From: a virus
Taxonomy: Duplodnaviria; Caudoviricetes
Direction: 5' to 3' (one strand)
IMG/VR virus record: IMGVR_UViG_3300037507_003370
Coordinates: 32,001-96,000 of that record
DNA length: 64,000 nucleotides
Shown here: positions 10,007 to 18,500 of the stretch, piece by piece
How positions within the stretch are numbered: the first letter of the stretch is position 1
How the letters are laid out: each line of letters begins with the position of its first letter
Notes under the pieces: model-generated
Database searches by the model: none
What the model was told of the DNA's origin: nothing
What the model saw: the letters and a program-made list of their open reading frames with translations, nothing else
Program-made: the position numbers and the translations under genes

Positions 10007-10659
10007 CGCTAAAATTTAATATAAAAATAATAGAAACAGATTCTCAAATTAGAGCAGCAATGTTGAGGGCACTGGCTGATGAAGTTAATATAACTATATC
10101 AAAATCAATTCCATTTATAGAAAATCAAATAAAAGATATTGTTAAAAAAGCTATCATAAATGAACCAGAATATCAATCATTAATTGGAGGACAGCTCAGA
10201 TACGAATTAGGAATACCAGACGCATCATCAAGAGTTAATTCAATTATAGATGCCTGGATATCTAATATAGTTGTAATAAATAATGGGGTGAAAATTACTA
10301 ATAATGGTTTATCTGGCGGATTTAGTTTAGAAATGATAGCGAGAGATTTTGCTAACGTTTTATCCATGAATGATGCAAATGTTAATGATTCGCAAAGAGG
10401 CTACTCATTGCCATGGTTAAAATGGTTATTATTAGAAGGTGGAAATATTTTGGTAAAAGATTATAGTGTTAAATTTGGAGCTAGTATTTACTCTAGAACT
10501 GGTAATGCTATTATGGAAGATGACCCTGGATCAAATTGGAGAGTACCATCTCAATTTGCTGGTACAATTAATAATAATTGGATCACAAGAGCCATAGATA
10601 AATTAGATGATAATATATATAATATATTTCAAACAGAAATTACGAGACACATACCATGA
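10003..10659 (+). CDS. Putative neck/tail-completion protein (probable start ATG 10003; ORF track starts at TTG 9982)
   Basis: ATG 10003 gives an ATGA overlap with the upstream stop. LPWLKWLLLEG...GNAIM...WRVP...NNWITRAI signature. Syntenic position between the closure-like and terminator-like genes. Confidence 0.5.
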   Translation: MTLKFNIKIIETDSQIRAAMLRALADEVNITISKSIPFIENQIKDIVKKAIINEPEYQSLIGGQLRYELGIPDASSRVNSIIDAWISNIVVINNGVKITNNGLSGGFSLEMIARDFANVLSMNDANVNDSQRGYSLPWLKWLLLEGGNILVKDYSVKFGASIYSRTGNAIMEDDPGSNWRVPSQFAGTINNNWITRAIDKLDDNIYNIFQTEITRHIP

Positions 10660-11606
10660 CAAACTGTAATCCGAATTCTTTCTTTCAAAATGTTGATAAG
10701 CTTGGCAAACACTATTTATATGTACAGTTAGAGGAAAATCTAAAATCATTCTTGAATTGGGGATTTCTAAACATAGGGGGCTTTGTTAATATAAATAGGC
10801 CAACAAATAATATTTCTAATAATATTAGTTTTCATAAACTTACTAAAAAAGAAGACCCTTTATATAAAAGCGGACAAGTATGGGAAACTTTCAAAAAGCA
10901 ATGGGTATACGAAACCGGAGTAGTTTACGCTTCAGGATCTCCTATTAATATTAGTGGTGTTTATATAAATAATGTATTCGCTCCGGCCCCAACAGGAACC
11001 TCCCAATACCCATTTAAATTAAACTATGATCTTGGTAGAGTAATTTTTAATAGTGGCTTACCGTCTAACTCAGATGTTCAAATGAGCTTTTCTTATAGAG
11101 CTATCCAAGTATATAAAGCTCAAGAAAATTTATCAGACTGGAAAAGACTCCAAGAAATGACCTTTAAAAGAGCGGACGTTGATAAGGAAACGTCCTCTAA
11201 TCATAGAGCACAATTACCATGCATAATAATAGAACCAATTAATTCGGCCGATTTTAATCCTTACGAACTTGGATCTTTAACATATGACGTAAAACAAGAT
11301 ATACTATTGCATATTTTTACAGAAAACTATATTGATCGTAATAATATTGTTGATATTATAAGACTTCAAAAAGAAAAACCTTTAAAATTTTATGACATTA
11401 ACAAAGTAATAAAAAATCAGGTGTATTCTCTTAATAAAGACGGTTCTTTAAATACTAATCGTAAAAATTATAACCAATTGTTTGACGATAATCAATATTT
11501 TTGGAGAATTAGTTATATAGATAATGTTAACATTATTGATAACCAATCTTTAAACTATAATCTATTCTACAGCACAGTTAGACTTAGTATGGAAATTGTG
11601 GTTTAA
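10656..11606 (+). CDS. Putative tail terminator/completion protein (316 aa)
   Basis: Immediately upstream of the tail-tube-like gene. QLPCIIIE...QDILLHIF.E...R..IVDII pattern resembles terminator-type proteins. Confidence 0.5.
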   Translation: MTNCNPNSFFQNVDKLGKHYLYVQLEENLKSFLNWGFLNIGGFVNINRPTNNISNNISFHKLTKKEDPLYKSGQVWETFKKQWVYETGVVYASGSPINISGVYINNVFAPAPTGTSQYPFKLNYDLGRVIFNSGLPSNSDVQMSFSYRAIQVYKAQENLSDWKRLQEMTFKRADVDKETSSNHRAQLPCIIIEPINSADFNPYELGSLTYDVKQDILLHIFTENYIDRNNIVDIIRLQKEKPLKFYDINKVIKNQVYSLNKDGSLNTNRKNYNQLFDDNQYFWRISYIDNVNIIDNQSLNYNLFYSTVRLSMEIVV

Positions 11607-11615
11607 TCAAACCTT

Positions 11616-11629
11616 GGTGTAATTTATAA
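11616..11629 (+). promoter_or_regulatory. Putative phage promoter motif upstream of the major tail gene
   Basis: GGTGTAATTTATAA upstream of 11670. Confidence 0.5.
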
Positions 11630-11669
11630 CTGTAACATCTTACAAAATACATTCCAACGAGGTGTAGAA

Positions 11670-12974
11670 ATGCCAAAAAGCTCTAATAGAATTTACTATG
11701 CAATACAAGGTCTTCAGTTACAGGGTGTTAATGGTCCTGGTATAGATTCTGGTAGTCCAGAAGCAGTAAGCGCATGGGAAACTGTCACTGGTGTTCAAAG
11801 CGTTGGAATCTCAACCAATTTCAATCTAGAAAACGTTTTCCAGTTAGGTGAATTCGATCAGTACGACGTTTTGGATGATAATCCAGAAATCGAAGTCACA
11901 GTAAATAAAGTTATTGACTATCGCTATCCTTTATATGTTTTAGCGATGGGCGGAAATGGCAAGACCACAACTGGACAAAATATTTTGGCTCTTGCTAGTC
12001 GCAGATGCAACGCTAGATTATTCGTTGGTAATGATATTGATTTTCAGAACGTTTCTGGCGCAATGCCATATAGAGTAGAGATGACAGGAATGTATTTGTC
12101 TTCTTTCACATATAATCTTGTTACTGATGGAAATTTCACAGAAGAAGTAACACTAGTAGGAAATAATAAAGTTTGGCTAGCAAATTCAGCAAGTTTAACT
12201 GCTAATACTCTTCCTGGAAGTGCTTCAGATGGTGTTCTTCCCCCAGCTCCTGGAACAGCTTTTGGTGGTGCTTTTAATAATCTAAGAGCTACTGGTATTG
12301 CTCGTCGTCAAAATATTGATTTAAGTAAATCAGTGTTGCCAAGCGGATTAACCAGCTGGGACGGTGGCATTATTGTTCCTTATGATGGTAGTAAGTATGT
12401 TACTCCACACATTACAAGTTTAACAATTAGTTGCGACCTTGGTCGTGAACCATTAAATGAGCTTGGTAATCGTAATCCTTATACTCGTTTAGTAACAGTA
12501 CCACTAGAAGTTACAAGCGAATTCGAAGTATTAGCAACAGATTATGATGTTAGTGCTACTAACTTTGCTGAGGCCAAGTGTAATGCTGGCTTGAGAAATG
12601 GTCGTAAGCGCGCAATTCTATTAAGAATTTGCGGACCTACGTTAGAAGGCGATGCTGGTGGTATGAATTTTTATCTTGGAACAAATAACAGACTAACCAG
12701 TGTTAACTATAGTGGTGGAGATACTGGTGGTGGTAACGTTACCATAACCTATAGTTTCACAGGATATAACACATGCTTCATCAATCAGGGAACAGAAATT
12801 TATAGTAGTATTGCTAGCGCTCCTTACCTCGGAAGTCAGAATAATCCTTGTGGAAGAACGGTTAGTGGTCTTGGTACAGCAACTATAACAGTAGCTGAGA
12901 ACGGTACCGGCACAGCCGGTAATAATGGTCCTGGTAGTACTGGTACTGGTACTTATTCTGGTGCTGGTTCATAA
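11670..12974 (+). CDS. Major tail (tube) protein (434 aa)
   Basis: Strong RBS GAGGTG at 11659-11664. GVQSVGISTNFNLENVFQLG...PEIEVTV and LTSVNYSGGDTGGGNVTITYSF motifs, with an internally duplicated tube-like fold. Higher G+C than neighbours. Canonical position before chaperones and TMP. Confidence 0.7.
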   Translation: MPKSSNRIYYAIQGLQLQGVNGPGIDSGSPEAVSAWETVTGVQSVGISTNFNLENVFQLGEFDQYDVLDDNPEIEVTVNKVIDYRYPLYVLAMGGNGKTTTGQNILALASRRCNARLFVGNDIDFQNVSGAMPYRVEMTGMYLSSFTYNLVTDGNFTEEVTLVGNNKVWLANSASLTANTLPGSASDGVLPPAPGTAFGGAFNNLRATGIARRQNIDLSKSVLPSGLTSWDGGIIVPYDGSKYVTPHITSLTISCDLGREPLNELGNRNPYTRLVTVPLEVTSEFEVLATDYDVSATNFAEAKCNAGLRNGRKRAILLRICGPTLEGDAGGMNFYLGTNNRLTSVNYSGGDTGGGNVTITYSFTGYNTCFINQGTEIYSSIASAPYLGSQNNPCGRTVSGLGTATITVAENGTGTAGNNGPGSTGTGTYSGAGS

Positions 12975-13037
12975 GTAATATAAAGAAGATATTGGAACGA
13001 TTATAATAAGTTCAACAAAGGATAAAGGAAAAATAAT

Positions 13038-13181
13038 ATGGAAGAAATATTTAATATTATAGGTAAATTATATATAGATGTTTTTCAGGCTCATAAAGCA
13101 ATAGAAAAATATCAGGAAAAAATAAAAGATCAAGAGCAAGAATTAGAAAAGCTCAAGAAATTACTCCAGGACAAAGAATAA
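13038..13181 (+). CDS. Small coiled-coil protein (47 aa), absent from the ORF track
   Basis: ATG 13038 preceded by AAGGA. Translates MEEIFNIIGKLYIDVFQAHKAIEKYQEKIKDQEQELEKLKKLLQDKE*. Fills the gap between the tube and chaperone genes. Confidence 0.6.
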   Translation: MEEIFNIIGKLYIDVFQAHKAIEKYQEKIKDQEQELEKLKKLLQDKE

Positions 13182-13184
13182 TGA

Positions 13185-14231
13185 ATGATAAGGACAGATC
13201 AGGATCTATTACTATCGAGAATAATATCTGGAATAACAATCTTCTCACTGAATGGGAAGAAATATATTCTGCGACCTCCAGATACTGTTACTATTCAAAT
13301 GGCGGATACTATTTATCAAGAGACTATCAAAGATAATCTATATAATGATTGGATATTATTAAAAGACACAGAAGTAATTCTTATAGAAAATGGTTTGTGG
13401 CACATATCAGATGATGACGTAATAAAAAATCTGGATAAAAAACTGGAAAATCTTAAAGTGGAACTATTTCAAAATTTTATACAAGTATCAAAAAGAAAAG
13501 AATTAAAAAAGCAAATAAATAATACTAATAAAAATAGAGTTAAGCTTATAACAACAAAACACTCTATGGATGATCATACGCTGGAAGCTTATGCTGGTAG
13601 AATTAGGAATGAATATATTATCATGAATAGTTTATATACTATTAATAATAAAAAAGTTTTTAGAAACAAAAAGATATGTTCACAGAGCGCTTCTTTTTTA
13701 AATGATGTCGCTGCGGAATTGGTTGGATTTATACCATCTGTTGATGTTCTTAAAAAGCTAGCTAGGTCAGAATCATGGAAATCATATTGGACCTCTGGAA
13801 ATAAAGCAAATATTTTTCCTGGTTCATCATGCTCATGGACAGATGAACAAAGAGCATTAATTAATATTACTCGTATGTATGATTCTGTTATGGAACATCC
13901 AGAATGTCCTAGTCAAGATATAATAGATGATGACGATGCTCTTGAGGGTTGGATGATTTTTCAAAAGCGTAAAAATGAAGCTGAAAAAAATAAGAGCAAA
14001 GCAGATGCTATGGTTAGTAAAAATATGAGTAAAGCTTCAGAAGTATATATGGTAGCATCATCAAAAGAAGAATATGATCAAATTTATACCGCTAATAGTA
14101 TGGAATCTAAAAATAGAATGAAAGAAAAATTTGCTATAGTATCTGCTAATAAAACAGTTCATGAACATGAGTTACCAGATGTTAGAGCAGAAGCATTACA
14201 GAAAATGGAGCAATCTAGATCAAAGAGGTAA
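13185..14231 (+). CDS. Hypothetical protein, probable tail assembly chaperone (348 aa)
   Basis: Lies between tube and TMP. Helical and charged; WTDEQRAL...YDSVMEHPECP...DDDALEGW motif. Confidence 0.5.
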   Translation: MIRTDQDLLLSRIISGITIFSLNGKKYILRPPDTVTIQMADTIYQETIKDNLYNDWILLKDTEVILIENGLWHISDDDVIKNLDKKLENLKVELFQNFIQVSKRKELKKQINNTNKNRVKLITTKHSMDDHTLEAYAGRIRNEYIIMNSLYTINNKKVFRNKKICSQSASFLNDVAAELVGFIPSVDVLKKLARSESWKSYWTSGNKANIFPGSSCSWTDEQRALINITRMYDSVMEHPECPSQDIIDDDDALEGWMIFQKRKNEAEKNKSKADAMVSKNMSKASEVYMVASSKEEYDQIYTANSMESKNRMKEKFAIVSANKTVHEHELPDVRAEALQKMEQSRSKR

Positions 14232-14234
14232 TAT

Positions 14235-14561
14235 ATGAAAAATGATGATATCTATGCAAATGTAGAGAAAAAAATACAAACAACAATGATAGGAGCTTTG
14301 GCAAAGTTTGAAGAAAATTTTGGTTATTTATGGGGAATAGATAAAAATGAGGACTTAACAGAGAAAGAGTTATATTTTAGTAACTTGTGGGAAAAAACGA
14401 GAGTTGCTATATTAAATAACGGTAATAATCAGTTAAGAAATGTACTAGCAGACCTTGACAAGTTTTTTCAACAGTCTTCGCCAAAGACTAAGTATCACTA
14501 TAAATTTTATATGAATTCAAATCAGAGAAACAACGAAGGAGACTATAGAAATGAAAACTAA
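14235..14561 (+). CDS. Hypothetical protein (108 aa)
   Basis: Clean ORF coupled to both neighbours within the tube-TMP interval. Confidence 0.55.
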   Translation: MKNDDIYANVEKKIQTTMIGALAKFEENFGYLWGIDKNEDLTEKELYFSNLWEKTRVAILNNGNNQLRNVLADLDKFFQQSSPKTKYHYKFYMNSNQRNNEGDYRNEN

Positions 14562-15459
14562 AACTTTCAAGATTACTGTTAATGAGAAAGATACAGAGCT
14601 AATGGTTCGTACTCCATCTATTAATGATCAAAGAGAGGCTCAAAAGGTTTATAATCAGGCTTTTACAGACGCTATTAAATCTAAATGTGTTGTTAGAGCA
14701 AAGATGGATGATCTATTAGAAGATCAAGGTTTATGGAATCAAGATAAACAGGCTAAGTTTGCTGAATTACAGCAGGAACTTCTTGAATCTGAAAGGCAGT
14801 TAGCTCGCGGAGGTATTCCATTGAGGCAAGCTAGAGAAGCTGCTATTAAAATGAGACAATACAGAGATGAAATTAGATCTCTAATAGCCGTTAAAACTTC
14901 TTTAGACAATCATAGCGCCGAAGGACAAGCAGACAATGCTCGTTTCAACTACTTGGTATCTGCTTGTGTGGTGTATAATAATGATAATAAGGATCCATAT
15001 TTTAAGAATATGGAGGACTATTTGAATAGGGCCAATGAGGAAGCAGCAGTACTTGGTGCTCAAAATTTAGCCGCAATGTTGTATGGTTTGGATAATGATT
15101 ACGAAAATAATTTACCAGAAAATAAGTTTTTAAAGAAATATAAATTTATTGATGATAAATTAAGATTTATTGATAAAAAGGGTAGATTAACAGATAATGA
15201 GGGTAGGCTTGTTGATGAAAACGGTAGGTTTATTGATGAGAGTGGTAACTTTGTTGACAAATTTGGAAACAGAGTGGACAAAGAGGGCGAATACATTGTA
15301 GAAACTAAACCATTTTTAGATGATGACGGAAATCCAGTAGTCCTAGATGAAGATAAAAAAGATGAACCAAAACCAGAAACCGTTACAGCAGAATCAGAGC
15401 CAGCACCAGTGCCACCAAAGATTCTTCCAAATACAGAAACTTCTTCAGAGACAGAGTAG
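14551..15459 (+). CDS. Probable tail assembly chaperone (302 aa)
   Basis: GAAGGA RBS; directly precedes the TMP. Contains short (F/L/V)(I/V/T)D(K/E/N)xG(R/N) repeats (FIDKKGRLTDNEGRLVDENGRFIDESGNFVDKFGNRVDKEG) and an acidic/Pro-rich tail. Confidence 0.55.
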   Translation: MKTKTFKITVNEKDTELMVRTPSINDQREAQKVYNQAFTDAIKSKCVVRAKMDDLLEDQGLWNQDKQAKFAELQQELLESERQLARGGIPLRQAREAAIKMRQYRDEIRSLIAVKTSLDNHSAEGQADNARFNYLVSACVVYNNDNKDPYFKNMEDYLNRANEEAAVLGAQNLAAMLYGLDNDYENNLPENKFLKKYKFIDDKLRFIDKKGRLTDNEGRLVDENGRFIDESGNFVDKFGNRVDKEGEYIVETKPFLDDDGNPVVLDEDKKDEPKPETVTAESEPAPVPPKILPNTETSSETE

Positions 15460-15490
15460 TTTTTTTAGTTCAGGAATCAGTTCACTATAT

Positions 15491-15530
15491 GCAACACCAA
15501 TAGCTGTTATGCTGTTGGTGTTTGCTTTTT
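15491..15530 (+). terminator. Intrinsic terminator-like hairpin immediately upstream of the TMP RBS
   Basis: GCAACACCAATAGC-TGTTAT-GCTGTTGGTGTTTGC (about a 14-bp stem with one G-U pair and one bulge) followed by TTTTT, then GAGGT and ATG 15541. Confidence 0.65.
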
Positions 15531-15540
15531 GAGGTAGGAC

Positions 15541-18500
15541 ATGGCAAGAGCTTTCAATCTTACTGCTGAATTAAACCTAAGAGGACCTTCTAATCTTAGG
15601 CCAGTTATTAATGATATTAGAAGACAGCTGGGTAATATCACAGCGAATGTTAATGTTCGTATTGATAGAAATGCACAAAGATCAATTGATACTGCAAATG
15701 CTTCTTTGCAAAGACTAAATACTACTCTAGCGGCAACTGCAGCAAATGCCGTTAGAGCAAATGCTAATATTAATACTTTAGCTGGAACAATTAATAATTT
15801 ACGTAATGCTCTTAATGGAGCTGGCAATGGTTTAAGAGATCTAACAACTAATGTGGGAGCGGCTGCTAGAGATGTTACTGCTGCCGCAAGAGCCACAAGA
15901 GCAGCAACTTCTGAGATGGAAGAATTCGGAAGACAAGCAGGACTAGCTGTTAGAAGATTTGCTGCATTTAGTGTTTCAACAAGTGTTATTTATGGATTAG
16001 TAAATGCTGTTACTAGCGCAACCAGAGAGTTTATAGACTTTGATAGACAATTAGTAAGATTAACACAGATCACTGGAGAATCATATAAAAGTTTAGGAAG
16101 AATAACCGATACTATTACTGATTTATCAACCAATCTTGGAGTTAGTTCATCTAGCTTGATCACAATAGCAGATACTCTTGCTCAAGCAGGACTTAGTGCT
16201 GGTGAAACAGAAAAGGCATTAAGAGCATTGGCTTTAACTGCTTTGGCTCCGTCGTTTGATGATCTTAATGAAACAGTGGAAGGTTCTATTGCTTTGATGA
16301 GACAGTTCGGTATTAGCGCTGGACAACTTCAATCTGCTTTGGGTTCTGTTAATTCTGTGGCCGCAGCATTTGCAGTCGAATCTAGTGATATTATTACTGC
16401 TATTCAGCGTACTGGTGGTGTGTTCGCTAGTGCAAGTAAAGGAGTTAGCGAAGGAACAGATGCTCTTAACGAATTCATTGCTGTATTTACTAGCGTAAGA
16501 GCAACAACTCGTGAAAGTGCCGAGACTATTGCAACAGGATTGAGAACAATTTTTACTAGAATTCAAAGAGAAGGAACCATAGAAGCACTAAAAGAATACG
16601 GAGTTAATCTACAAGATGTTGAGGGTAAATTCGTCGGAGCATACAAAGCTGTTCAATTACTTAGCGAAGGATTAAATAGTCTAGATCCAAGAGATGTAAA
16701 GTTTTCTAGAATAGTAGAAGAACTTGGTGGCTTTAGACAAATTGGTAAGGTTCTACCTCTTATTCAACAGTTTGGAACAGCACAACAGGCACTTGCTGTT
16801 GCTCAAAGAGGATCTTCTAGTTTAACTCTAGATGCTGTTAAGGCCCAACAGTCATTAGCTGTACAATTTACTAAAACCAGAGAAAACTTTGTTGCATTAA
16901 TTAGAGAGATTGGTCAAAGTAATAGTTTTCAGAATTTAGTTAAGCTTGGACTCACACTAACTAATGTTTTAATAAGACTCGCAGATGTTGCTCAGCCGTT
17001 ACTACCAATAATAACAGCGATAGCTGCTGTTAGAGGAGGAAGAGCATTAACCAACTTTATTGGTGGATTTATAGGAGGATTAAGGCCTGGTGTTGGTGGC
17101 GATGCTGGAGGTGGCGGTGGCGGAGGTGGTGCTGGCGGCGGAGGTGGTGGACGAGGAGGAAGAGGCGGCGGTGGTGGAGGAGGTGGCGGTAGAGACGATT
17201 TCCGTTCATCCTTGCAAGATGTAACAACTTCTTTAGATAGTTTACAGGGATCCATTGACCCCTTAACAAATGCTATACAAGCATTATCTACTAATAGTAT
17301 AGCCGGATTAGTCTCACAGATATCCGTATTGAATACTTCAGTAGTAGACCTTAACGCAACAATTGTATCCAGGCCAGGAGGAACAGGTTTTGCTAGAGGC
17401 GGACTTGTCCCTGGACAAGGAAATAGAGATACTGTACCAGCAATGTTAACCCCTGGCGAATTTGTTATTAGAAAAAAGGCTGTTGAGACACTAGGGGCAG
17501 ATCAATTATATGGAATGAATAAATATAGTAATGGTGGTAGTATTAGATCTGGTAATAGGCTCAGAAGACAAAGATTTGCTAAGGGTGGAAAGGCAGCTAA
17601 ATTAGCAAGTATAGATGGTGACTTTAGAGCTGTTGACGGAGATACATTCGACGCAACTGTTACGCCAACAGGAGATCAGTTTACGGCAAGATTTAGAGTT
17701 GCCGAATTTGATACGTATGAAACAAGAGGTAAATCGAGTTTAGTTTCTACGGACAGAGCAAAAAAGATAATGTCTCTAAATCCAAAAGAACCCCCTTTAC
17801 AAGAGTCTTCCGGTAGATATAAAGTTCCAAAAAATTATAGAGTAACTTCTAGAAATGAAACAGCAGCAACAGCAGCAGCAGAAGCAACAAAGCAATTACA
17901 AAGTAAACTTGATCAATTCGTAGGAACAGCAGCAGCCGATAAAACCGTTCCTGGTGGAGGTGGTGTTGGTAGATACTTAGCTAAAACTGGATTTTCTATA
18001 GATGACGAGTACACAACAGGAAGAAAGTGGGACGAAGATGGGAATGAATTAAATATCGGAGGTATTGTCAAAAAATTTGCTCTTGGAGGAAAAGTACGAA
18101 GAAATGTTGGCTATATTGATTATGACGTTATCGCTAATGAAGCAAATAAAAGCATTGTAGAAAAAGGAATGTCAGAGCTTGGAGTTACTGGACCTAGACT
18201 TTATACTGATGCTTTAACAAAATTAGCAGTATCTTCGCGAAAAGCTGGAGATTTAGATAAATTAAAAGCAATTTACGGTGTTGCTGGCAGTGGCAAAACA
18301 ACATTAGCAAGAGGTCAAGGCACAGATAAAGGATCTTTAAGAGAAACAACTCGTTTTCCAATATTAGGTCCCGATGATATTAAAAAGGCAAATGAAATAT
18401 TAATATTAAGTAGTAGTGTTTCTAAGTCTAAAATGGAAGATTTTTTTACTGAAGTTGATAGAGTTTACGCACTTAGTTCTTCAACAAAATCTGAGCAAGA

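Noticed and set aside
13181-13336. Alternative short ORF from ATG 13181 (TAATG overlap with the 47-aa gene)
   Set aside because: It overlaps the long 13185-14231 ORF out of frame and closes after about 50 codons with no recognisable features.
15129-15135. Slippery heptamer T TTA AAG in the chaperone-like gene
   Set aside because: The -1 frame hits TAA at 15141-15143 after two codons, and such heptamers are common in AT-rich DNA.
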